From assembly GCA_001662655.1 (NCBI GenBank), contig KV460235.1: a DNA stretch of 64,000 bases. The stretch is one strand, 5' to 3'. The translations under genes were made by a program, and so were the position numbers. Shown here piece by piece: positions 13,318-24,309 of this stretch; the stretch's first letter is position 1, and every line of letters begins with the position of its first letter. Source of the stretch: Pseudogymnoascus verrucosus. Lineage: Eukaryota. The notes under the pieces are model-generated. The model was not told the DNA's origin, searched no databases, and worked only from the letters and a program-made list of their open reading frames with translations.

Positions 13318-14469
13318 ATGGCGACCAACAACCCTCACAAGCACCTCGCCATGAGCGCCCTCATGTCGCCACCTGAAGCGACACCCTACGACCGCTTTCC
13401 GACGGCAGAACTCCTGTCCTCCTCGCCCTCAGCGGCCGACTCGCACAGGAAATCGTCAATCGGTGCGAAGTTGCAATTCCTCTCGCCACCCGTGTCGCCC
13501 GACACACCCACGACAGCGGGTCCCTCCTCCTCCCCCACAACCTTCGACTCACGAATCCGCGACCCAATCCTCTACCCACCCACTGCAACAGAGAGCGACA
13601 ACAGTATCTCTCAACCCCTCTTCGCTCCCCCACTACAACAATTACAACCACCACAAACCCCAACACACCCCCACGACTCCCCCACCAACCGCCTCGTCGA
13701 CCAACACATCTCCCGCGCCCACCGCAAGAACCTCTTCCGCGCCACATCCCCCCCAAACCGCTCAGACTACATCCTCACCATCGAGTTCCACTCCCAGGTC
13801 ATGCGCAACTTCACCCGCGACCCAGACGCCTACCTCGCCCGCGAGCGCCAGTTCCTCATGGAAGCCGCACGCCGCCGCGCCGCCGCCGCCGCCGCCGCCA
13901 CCTCGCGTTCACCCGCCAAATCCTCCCCCCGCAGCTCCAACAACAGGACCTACCCAGCCCTCGCACCCAGCCCCGCCGGCGTCTCCGCCTCTCGACCGCG
14001 CGCGCCTCCAAAGCCCCGCGCGAAGCCGAGGAGAGACAGGACAGCGACGCCGGACGCGCCGAGTCGCAGCCGCAACACGGGGACGAGCACGAGGGAGGAC
14101 AAGGAGTTCCATCTCCTCCCCGATCTGTGTCCTGCGATTGAATCGCGGCTGCGTCCCAACGCGCTGAAGGTCGAGTGGAAGGGAGCGCCGCTAGACTTGT
14201 CCGCGGATCCGCACCGTGCGCTTCTGGATCCGGAGGAGGTTTCGCTGGCTGCTAATCTGCGGCTGGATTGCGCGACGTACTTGACGAGTAAGAGGCGGAT
14301 TTTCGTGGCGCGACGAGAGTGCTGGGCTGGGACGTGGGGGGGGAAGGGGAAGAAGGAGTTTAGGAAGACGGATGCGCAGCAGGCTTGCAAGATTGATGTT
14401 AATAAGGCGAGTAAGCTGTGGATGGCGTTTGAGAAGGTGGGGTGGCTGGATGAGAAGTGGTGTGTTTAG
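13318..14469 (+). CDS. SWIRM-domain protein (Fun19/YOR338W-like)
   Basis: C-terminal LDPEEVSLAANLRLDCATYLTSKRRIF...FRKTDAQQACKIDVNKASKLWMAFEKVGWL SWIRM signature; possible extra 5' exon 13150-13202. Confidence 0.85.
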   Translation: MATNNPHKHLAMSALMSPPEATPYDRFPTAELLSSSPSAADSHRKSSIGAKLQFLSPPVSPDTPTTAGPSSSPTTFDSRIRDPILYPPTATESDNSISQPLFAPPLQQLQPPQTPTHPHDSPTNRLVDQHISRAHRKNLFRATSPPNRSDYILTIEFHSQVMRNFTRDPDAYLARERQFLMEAARRRAAAAAAATSRSPAKSSPRSSNNRTYPALAPSPAGVSASRPRAPPKPRAKPRRDRTATPDAPSRSRNTGTSTREDKEFHLLPDLCPAIESRLRPNALKVEWKGAPLDLSADPHRALLDPEEVSLAANLRLDCATYLTSKRRIFVARRECWAGTWGGKGKKEFRKTDAQQACKIDVNKASKLWMAFEKVGWLDEKWCV

Positions 14470-16778
14470 AGCGCGGGGAGAGGTAACCCGGGTGGATGAT
14501 GGGGGTGGCAGGGGACGCGGGGGGATGACGTAGTGGAGGTGCGATAAGATAGTGATCTTTACTATCGATGTTGGCGACGGCGACGACGACGGGATTATTC
14601 GCGACGACGTCGCTGTTGATGACGAGACTTGATACCATAGTGTCGCTGTCGCTCGACATAGTTGATGGCGAGGTGGTCGTCGCCGATATACATATTCACC
14701 ACGACGACACACATACCATACCACCACAAACATACACGCCGTACCACACATTACACACCTACCATACACACCACTCAATACACGATACATAACGACCATG
14801 ACTTACGACCACGATAACACATATACCCGGAGCGAGACCTCGAGGACAATCAGCCACGGCTGATGAGATGGACTCTCTACCCAAACTCCACACCCAACTC
14901 TACATCACACCTCCATCTCTCCTCAACACAACTCCACTCCACGACACTCACCTCACGACAACACGCCTCTTCAGATTTCTCATTTGTCAATCTTTCCTTG
15001 TTTGATTCTTCATCTACTCTACTCTTTTGGGGTTTTTTTATCGCCGCGAACGACGGCGGAGGGTTGCATATCAGGATGGGATGGGATACGGAGATACCTT
15101 AGCCATCACACTGGCTGGACGGGGACAGGGCAGGCTGGCATTCATTGGATCGAGCTCTCGGGAACATCCCAAGCTCTGGATGGGGGTTGGGGGGGGGGGG
15201 TAGCATTGGAACGGACGGACGGGGTTGGGCGGTCTTGTTTTTATCGCAGCTGCATCTTTTATGTTTTTTTTGAATTCATGGCCGTATAGTTGGCTTCGGC
15301 ACGCTGGCACACATACACATTCCGTTCGCTACGAGCTTTTGTCCTTTGATTTTGCTCTGGCTTTCTGGGACTTCGTTTTTGATTACTGTGCGTTTCTGTG
15401 GAGGTTTTTTGCATCGAGGAGTTTCTTGTCTTTTTTGCACCCTGGTGCGGGGTGGGGGAGTGCCACTCAACGTCGCACGGGTTTGGGGTTGTTCGGACTG
15501 GACTGGACTGGACTGACTTGGGGTTTGGGCGATTAGATTGTTCGTTTTTTTTTTGCATACATACGTTCCCATTCATGGGAACACAGCGCGTGCGGGGGGT
15601 AGTTTCTCATCAAGGGAACAACCCCCCCCTTTTTCCCCCTCTCAAGAGAGTGGCGATGATAGCGGGAGCAGAGAGTTTCCCATCAAGGGAACTGAGCGAG
15701 CGGGGTACATATGGTTATGGTTATGGTTGATGTGGAGGTAGATACACAGCAGCGCGAGCGAGCGAGGGGATGCGTTTGTTTTGTTTACTCTAGCACAGTA
15801 TAGCAACAGCACAGCAGGTACTTGCGGGCGCAAAGCGTGTCGTACATAGCATACGTATACAAATCAGATGCTCAAGCACATCAGTAGTGTTATCAATCAA
15901 TCGCTATCGCAATCACAATCAAATGACTACAGTACACTACACTACACCACGTAACTTGTGATAACCCCAGACTTATGTGAGATGAAACCGTGAGGAGAGA
16001 CTGGGATCTGATATCCGCCTTCGACAATCTACTACTATAGCTGCCCAGCCAACCTAACATATATGAGCGGTTCACCAGCTGAACCATAAGCCAGAAGCAC
16101 AGTACAGTACAGTACACCACAGTGCCTGAGCGAAAAGTACACCCCACCCCACCCCAGCGCTCCACTTCCATCTCCCTCCCTCGCTCCTTCCTTCCCCTCG
16201 GGCTTTTGACGTAAGTCATTCCTTCCTTCTCTCGTTCTTTCCTTCCCTCGTTACTTCCCTCCCTCGCTCTTTTGTTCCTTCCCTCCCTCGTTCCTTCCCT
16301 TCCTCGTGCCTTCCTTTCCTCGTTCTTTCCATCTCTCCCTCCTACATCAATTGTCCCTTCCGTCGTATACAGCTTCTTCCCTCGCTCCTTCCCTAAGAGC
16401 TTTCCCGGGCTAACGATTCAGTGTTTCGGTCGCTGGTTTCCCTACATCGTATGTCCATCGCTCTTTCCCTGGGTAGCTCTTTCCGTCGCTCTTTCCCATC
16501 GCTCCTTCCTCCCGCTGCACACATGTGGGCTCTTGCTTGCTCTATCCGTAGGGCTGGCGCCTGGAAGGGATGGGTGGGCGTGCTTGTGCGTTTCTAAGGG
16601 GGGGTGTGGATCTGTGATGGCGGGTTGGAGATGGTCGATCTGTGGGACTGCGGGGTGGGTGGAGCGCTGGGTTGAGGGGTTCGTTTCTTCGTCGTCCGCA
16701 TCGTGTGCGTGTGCGTGAGTATGTGATGCGGAGCGGAGCGGTGCCGTGCAAATGTTGTGTACGATATCGTAAGGTTCT

Positions 16779-17654
16779 TCACCACCCCATCTCTGCCATA
16801 GCATCCATATCGTCGTCAAACTCATCCTCCTCTGGCGCCTTCGTTTTGTTCGTTGGGGCCGCGGTGGCAGTAACAGTATCGACATCCATCCCCCCCTCCG
16901 CCAGCAGCGCAGCGAGATCATCCTCATCCTCCTCCTCTTCCCCTGCCGCGCCAGGGAGTGGCACAACCGCAGCTCCGGGCCCGAAAATACTCGTCTGTCC
17001 TTGTGTGGCGGGTTTGGCGGCAGCAGCTCCACGCCGCGGCGACGCGCCATACAGCTCTGCTATTGCATCTGGGTCGTCATCAGGGACATCAGCGCCAGGC
17101 GTCTCCCTCCGCTCCGCGGCACGAGACGCAAGATCCGTGAAAATAGGCGCTATCCTCTCCGTCCCCTGCCGCTGCTCCTGCGCCTGCGGTCTCACCTCCC
17201 CATCCCCCTCTCCCTCCCCCTCCCGTCCCGGCCTCCCCTCCTCAATCCACCCCCTCCTCGCAACCGCCACATCCCTCTTATGCCCCGCGCTCTCCACCAT
17301 CCTCAACGCATCCCCAAACTTCGCCTTCGGATACAACTCATCCAACCACGTCTGATACAACCCCAACAACCTATCCGCATCGCCATACTCGTGGCCCCTC
17401 CCCTTCAAGCGCAGGGTGCGGGCGCGCTCGCGCAGCTTGGGGATCCCGCGCGAGGAGAGGATGCGGGATTCGTCGAGCTTGGGGCGAGGGGCGTGGGTGG
17501 GGAGGGTGAGGGGGGCGTCGAGGCCGAGGGCGTTGTTGGTGGTGCGGGGGGGGGAGGAGGGGAGCTGGGGGGGAGGGGAGAGGGGTCGGTCGAAGACGGA
17601 GGTGTAGTCGTTGAAGAGGGCGTCGAGGTCGTCTGTTTCGGCGGGGGGTGGCAT
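16779..17654 (-). CDS. CSM3: Replication fork protection complex subunit Csm3/Swi3 (TIPIN family)
   Basis: PRPKLDESRILSSRGIPKLR...KGRGHEYGDADRLLGLYQTWLDELYPKAKFGDALRMVESAGH Swi3 domain; single exon. Confidence 0.9.
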   Translation of the reverse strand: MPPPAETDDLDALFNDYTSVFDRPLSPPPQLPSSPPRTTNNALGLDAPLTLPTHAPRPKLDESRILSSRGIPKLRERARTLRLKGRGHEYGDADRLLGLYQTWLDELYPKAKFGDALRMVESAGHKRDVAVARRGWIEEGRPGREGEGEGDGEVRPQAQEQRQGTERIAPIFTDLASRAAERRETPGADVPDDDPDAIAELYGASPRRGAAAAKPATQGQTSIFGPGAAVVPLPGAAGEEEEDEDDLAALLAEGGMDVDTVTATAAPTNKTKAPEEDEFDDDMDAMAEMGW

Positions 17655-17835
17655 GGTGGGTGGTGGGTGGTGGGTGTCGAGTTGGTGGTTGTTTGTGTGT
17701 AATTCAGTCGCAGACAGGAGTGTAAAAAAAAATCCAAGTCAATCCCAACTCAAATACCCCTCGTCGTGACTATATCTCCCCAGTTCCAATCGTGGTAATA
17801 ATTGAATATCAACGTTGCTTGCTCCTCCTCCCACT

Positions 17836-17866
17836 ACGCGTAAACCACAAAAAGCGGGAGACGCGT
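17836..17866. promoter_or_regulatory. Two MCB elements (ACGCGT) in the CSM3/NDUFA8 divergent promoter
   Basis: ACGCGT at 17836-17841 and 17861-17866, about 180-210 nt upstream of the CSM3 ATG; MCB boxes typify G1/S replication genes. Confidence 0.55.
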
Positions 17867-18049
17867 CGGGGGCGGCGGCTCTTTCACTCTACGCCTGGTC
17901 CGTGCGCGCGTTTCCGCCAGTGGTAATCCACTAGCGCAGATTCGGCAACGCAGCTTGCAACGATTCGCAGACCACGACGACGACCACAGACACCTCACCA
18001 GCCCTCACCCCCCCATCCCCACCACCACCGCGCTCAACAAACCGTCACC

Positions 18050-18845
18050 ATGTCCGCACGCCAGGCCAGGTCAGTCCCCCTTTCCCTCCACCCGGTCGCC
18101 CCCTCGTCCGCAGCCAATTGACGCCGCAATTGACGCCCCGGAACCGAGTCGCTGACAGCTTTTTTGAATTCCTTAGATTCTCGCAATCGACGCTCATCGA
18201 TACGACCCCCCTCCCCGACTCTATCCCGGCGGTGCAGGAGGTTGGGGCGAGCTCGGCGCCATTGCTGAGCGCGAGTTTTTTTATCGGGGCCAGGTGCGGG
18301 AAGTATAATGATGATTTTATGCAGTGTAAGACGGAGAATAATGGGACGGCCGAGATGGATTGCTTGAAGGAGGGACGGAGGGTTACGAGGTGTGCGGCTA
18401 GTGTGTGAGTGCTTTTTTCTGCTTCTTTTGGGTCTTAGGGGCGGTTTTTTAGGGGGGGGGGGGTGGGTGATGGAGAAGGGAGGGTGGAGGGAAGGGATGA
18501 CCTGGGGAGGAAGGGAGCAATGGCTAATTGAACGCAGCATTGATGATATCAACAAAAACTGCCTCAAGGAGTTCCGTCGCCACTGGTCCTGCCTCGACAC
18601 CAACAACCAGCAGCTGTGGCAGTGCCGCCCCGCTGAGCGCGTGCTGAACAAGTGTGTCTTCGAGACCCTGGTAAGTTCCCTTATACCGTTTTATTTACCT
18701 ACCCTGTGGTAGATAGGCGTATCATGGGAGGGTGTGCTGGACATTGGCTGACGCGAGGCAGAAATTGGAGAAGGTCATCCCGGATACGCCGAAGGGAGAG
18801 GTGCCGGTGCATTTGAGGGAACGACAGATTTACTCGCAGAATTAG
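18050..18845 (+). CDS. NDUFA8: NADH:ubiquinone oxidoreductase 20.8 kDa subunit (NDUFA8)
   Basis: EVGASSAPLLSASFFIGARC...CLKEGRRVTRCA...NCLKEFRRHWSCLDTNNQQLWQCRPAERVLNKCVF twin-CX9C pattern; three introns. Confidence 0.92.
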
Positions 18846-19418
18846 GCGGGTATGAGATGGAGTGGGTGAAGGGGGGTGTTAGATGTGTGTATATAAATTG
18901 TGGGGGTAGAATGGACTTGTATTCGATGATTTTGCTTGCTATTGAATGTGTTGGTGATGTTTCGTCGGGGGTTGGTTGGGATAATGGGATCCTATGGTCA
19001 TTTTATCTCTGAGCCGCCAATTAAGATTTTATATTGGACATAGAAGCTTGGATTTAGTGTGGACAAGAAGGCTGGCAACTCTGATATTGGTATCGTGATG
19101 GGATGGCTGGCCCAAGAGTTTTATGTATCAGGGCCCAATATCTCGGCATGGACCACGTTTGCAAAGTCAAGCTAATATTCCTGAAAACAGCTTTGAATAT
19201 AGAAATAATAACAATGAACGCTATCAAATAACTACTACAAACATGTCATTTAAAACCAACATTTTATAAAATTTGGCTGTAAATAAAAATTGTGGGGTAT
19301 CGTCGCCTACCCACCACCTTGATGACGCCCAAACGACATCGCCAAAACCCCACCGCCAACCATAGCTACGGCCCCAACACAACCACCTTGGCTAAGCTCA
19401 CCGCGCATACCCAACACA

Positions 19419-22400
19419 ATGGCGGAGGCCCTCGCCGAATCGCTGCAGAAAGTGCACATAGGCAGCACCGACCCCTCCAGAGACGATGCCTGGATCGACA
19501 GCATCCTCAACCAACAAGGACCCCGCAAACGGGTCAAGCAGCACCCCGACGACCTCAAGGCGGAGCTGGACCGCAAGTTCCTCACGCCGTCGACCTCCTT
19601 CTCGACAGAATGGCTAAACAAGCTACAACAGTAAGCTTACCTTTGCCCATCCCCCATACCCAGACAAATACTGACCGCGCAGACGCTGGGACTGCCCCAC
19701 CGATTACACCAACCTCTTCAAGATCGCGCCAACACAAACACGAACCATAACCCGCTTCACGCGCGAAGGCCTCGAGGGTCGCGTAACAGGCTACAAAGAA
19801 GTAACCGTCCCCGCCAACAGCGCAACAGCCAAGAACTCGACCTCCCTGCTGCGCAAGCCGGGGAACCGCGCCGAGTTCGTACGCGGCGCCGCGGGCTTCT
19901 TCCCGTTTGCGCCGGGCGGACTGGAGGGCGTTGAGCAGGCTGCCGCGCTGGAGGAACAGATGATGCGGGTTGAGGGGAAGGGGGTGGCGGGGGCGGCGAA
20001 GCTGGAGAGGGTGATTAATTTTGGGGCTGGGGATGGGCTGTTGGAGGTTGCGCCGGGGTTTGCGAGGGGGGTGAATTTTAAGCCGAAGAAGGGGAAGGGG
20101 GAGGAGGTGGAGGCGGAAGAGGTGGAGAAGGTGCTTGATCAGGAGCCGGTGGAGGATGAGGGCCTGGAGAGGGGTGAGGAGGAGAGTCCGGGGGTGGCAG
20201 AGGAGGAGGAGGAGGAGGAGGAAGATGAGGATATTGATTCGATATTGCCGGTTGAGTTTGCTGCCTTTGAACCCCGTAGTGCTCTAGCTACGTCGGCGGC
20301 GAAGAGGGGAGCGAGAGAGTGGGCACATATGGTCGATATCAAGCGTGGGATCACCAATTTCAGAGAGCTAGTGCCTGATATGGCGAGGGAGTGGCCGTTC
20401 GAACTGGACACTTTCCAGAAGGAGGCCGTTTACCATTTGGAGAATGGTGATTCCGTCTTCGTCGCTGCGCATACCTCTGCGGGGAAGACTGTGGTTGCCG
20501 AATACGCTATTGCTCTCGCGGCGAAGCATATGACGAAGGCTATCTACACGTCTCCGATCAAGGCACTGAGTAACCAAAAGTTCCGCGACTTTAGGCAGAT
20601 CTTTGACGAGGTTGGTATTCTCACTGGTGATGTCCAGATTGCCCCAGAGGCTAGCTGCCTTATCATGACAACGGAGATTCTCAGGAGTATGCTGTACAGA
20701 GGAGCCGACTTGATCCGAGATGTTGAGTTTGTCATTTTCGACGAAGTTCATTATGTCAACGATCTAGAGAGAGGTGTTGTATGGGAGGAGGTTATCATTA
20801 TGTTGCCAGAGCATGTTACACTCATCCTGTTGTCTGCCACAGTCCCCAATACCTACGAATTTGCATCGTGGGTGGGGAGGACGAAGAAGAAGGACATCTA
20901 CGTCATTTCAACTGCGAAGCGACCAATTCCACTAGAGCATTATTTATGGGCGAACAAAGACATCCACAAGATCGTAGACTCGGATAAAAAGTTTATAGAG
21001 AAGGGCTGGAAGGCGGCCAACGATGCTATGTCGGGACGCGATAAGATTAAGGCGCTACCACCCGCCGAGGCGTCAGGCCGGGGCAGAGGCGACCAGAGAG
21101 GAGGAAGAGGCGATAGAGGCGGCCGAGGTGGAAACCAACGTGGCGGTGCCCAAAGAGGAGGCGCCCAGCAACGAGGAAGAGGAGGTCCTCCCCGCGCCAG
21201 CCACAACCCCGGACACATGGGACGAGGCGGGCGACCGGGCGGCAGGACGTCAGCAGCGCAAGATAAGACGCTGTGGGTGCACCTTGTGCAGTTTCTAAAG
21301 AAGGAATCCCTGCTTCCTGCATGCATATTCGTTTTCTCGAAGAAGCGTTGCGAGGAGAACGCGGATGCGTTGAGCAACCAGGACTTCTGTACTGCGATTG
21401 AGAAGAGCGCTATCCATATGACTATCGAGAAGTCGATTGCGAGACTCAAGCCCGAGGACCGTGTGCTTCCTCAGATCGTGCGGCTGCGCGACTTACTTGG
21501 AAGAGGTATTGCGGTTCATCATGGTGGGCTGCTCCCTATTGTCAAGGAGGTCGTGGAGATGCTGTTTGCGCAGACTCTAGTCAAGGTTCTCTTTGCCACT
21601 GAGACGTTCGCCATGGGTCTGAATTTGCCGACTCGCACAGTCGTATTCTCGGGATACCGCAAGCATGACGGACACTCTTTCCGCAACCTTCTCCCTGGAG
21701 AATACACCCAGATGGCTGGGCGCGCCGGCCGCCGCGGTCTCGACACAATCGGGACAGTGATAATCGTCGCACCCGGCGGCGACGAAGCACCCCCTGTCAC
21801 TGAGCTACGACAGATGATTCTCGGCGAACCGTCAAAGCTGCGCTCGCAGTTCCGTCTCACATACAACATGATCCTAAACTTACTGCGCGTGGAGGCGCTC
21901 AAGATCGAAGAGATGATCAAGCGCAGTTTCAGCGAGCACGCGACGCAGCAACTGCTGCCCGAGCACGAGAAGCAGGTCAAGATCTCCGAGGCAGACTTGG
22001 CTAAGATCAAGCGCGAGCCGTGTGATATCTGCGATGTGGATCTTGACGCTTGTCACCAGGCAGGGCAAGAGTATATGCAACTCACTCTCGACTTGCATCT
22101 TGGTGTTCTTGGGACGCCGGTGGGTCGCAGGATGTTCGCGCCGAGGAAACTGGTTGTGTATATGAAAGACGGTGTTAGGACGCCTGGTATCCTCCTGCGC
22201 GAAGGTGCGACGAGCGGCCCTAACCCGACTATCCACGTTCTTGAGATCCGTACGCGGAGAGACGTCCGGGACTCGACGGATCTGCTACCCTTCCTCCCCC
22301 AGTACAGGGAGATGATGACCAAGCTCCCACAAGCGAAGAAGCACATCTCAACCAAGACGCTCTGGGTTCCTGTCACTGACCTCCTCTGCGTCACGAAAAC

Positions 22401-23363
22401 GACACTCAAGGGTATCGTCCCTGAGATCTTCCAGGGCGGTGACGGATACCTCGCTGCTGTGGCGGAGCTGTCGCGCCTCTGCCAGTCCTGGACGCTCCCT
22501 GAATGGGACGAGCTGGACTGGAGCAAAATTAAGGACATGACCACGCGCGAGCTTCTCGAGAAGCGAAGGCAAGTTGCAGAGAGTGCGCAACAGGGAGCTT
22601 GTATCTCTTGTCCCGAGTTCCTCAAACATGTAAGACCCCGTCCCCCCCCGTAAGAAATACTCAAATAGCTAACCAAAACCAGTACGCAATGCGACAAGAC
22701 GAATGGGTCATCAAAGAAAACATCCACCAACTCCGCCAACTCATGTCCGACCAGAACCTCCAGCTCCTCCCCGACTACGAGCAGCGCATCCAAGTCCTCC
22801 GCGACCTCTCCTTCATCGACTCCACCTCCCGCGTCGAGCTCAAGGGCAAAGTAGCCTGCGAGATCCACTCGGCCGACGAACTCGTCCTGACCGAGTTAAT
22901 CCTCGACAACGTCCTCGCCGCCTACGAACCCGCCGAGATAGTCGCCCTGCTATCCGCCTTCGTCTTCCAAGAAAAGACCGACACCGTTCCGACGCTCACC
23001 CCCAACCTGAAGGCCGGGATGGCTACCATCATCGAGATCTCGGAGAAAGTTAATGCGGTGCAGACTCTGCACCAGGTGATTTTGTCGACAGAGGACTCGA
23101 ATGATTTCGTCTCGCGCCCGCGATTCGGGCTGGTGGAAGTTGTCTATGAGTGGGCGCGCGGGATGAGCTTTAGGAATATCACGGACCTGACGGATGTGCT
23201 GGAGGGAACGATCGTGAGGGTGATTACGCGGCTGGATGAGACGTGTAGGGAGGTCAAGAATGCGGCGCGGATTGTGGGGGATCCGGAGCTGTTTTTGAAG
23301 ATGCAGAAGTGTCAGGAGATGATTAAGAGGGATATTACGGCTGTGGCGAGTTTGTATATGTAA
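19419..23363 (+). CDS. SKI2: Ski2 DExH RNA helicase
   Basis: AHTSAGKT, DEVH, SAT and QMAGRAGRRG motifs; RGG-rich insertion; DSHCT C-terminus ending KRDITAVASLYM; introns about 19631-19682 and 22630-22682. Confidence 0.95.
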
Positions 23364-23527
23364 GGGGGGAAATTACTCGTACGGTAGATAGATGGAGAAG
23401 GGGATTCATGAGTTGAATAGGATACATTTCACTCCCCCTATCAATCTTAAAAGCAAACTCAAACATCGTCGCTTCCCAAACCCAAACCCCTAAAACGCCC
23501 TCCCCCTCTCTACCCCCACCCCTCCAT

Positions 23528-24309
23528 CTACGCACCCTGCCTCAGCGCCTTCAACCTCTCACTACTCGCCTCCTCCTCCTCAGCCGTCGGTCCAACCTTC
23601 GTAGTCGGCACCCTCCCCCCCTCCAACTCCCTCCCCATCTCCACCCCCGCCGCATCCGCCACCTGCCTCTTCACCTTCTCCACATCCTCCGGACTCGCCG
23701 TGCTCGCGCTCCCCGTCGCCGTCGCACTATCAAGCACCTGCGTCATAACATCGATATCCTCATACTGCCTCCCCAGGTCCGCCATGACGGCCTCCACGCG
23801 CTCGAGCTCGATGTTCTTGGTTACCCGGCCGAGGGCGCGCGATACGGCAACCATGGAGGTCCCGATGGATTGGTTGAGGCGCGCGGATTTTATTTTGGCG
23901 GCGAAGATGTGGAGGCGTTGTTTGGAGCGGGTTAGGTCGCGTATGGTGCCTTGGAGGGAGGCGACGAGGGAGGCTTGGCCGTTGATGAGGTCTTCGTCGC
24001 CGGTTTTCATGAGCTGGGAGGGGGTTAGTGGGGTTCTTGGGGTGCGTGGGAGGGACGGGGAAGGGGGGGAGGTGGGGAAGGGGAGGTGGGGGTGGGTACC
24101 TTTAGCAGTTCCTTCGTCTCCTTGGCTTGCTCCTTTGTCAATTTCTCAATCGCCTTCTTGAGATCGCCTTCGCGGAACTGGAAGGGGCGAGTTAGTTAGC
24201 TAGCTGTCTCAAATCTGGATGTTGAATCCGTCTGCGGCGGGCGCTTTGGCGGACGTACCCTCAGCACCATCTCCGCGTTCATCAACCCCGCCTCTGCTGC
24301 TTTCGACAT
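23528..24309 (-). CDS. Snf7/ESCRT-III family protein, Did2/Vps46 (CHMP1)-like, divergent
   Basis: Exons 24309-24259, 24177-24100 and 24013-23528 join in frame; C-terminal QVADAAGVEM...ERLKALR MIM1-like end. Confidence 0.75.
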
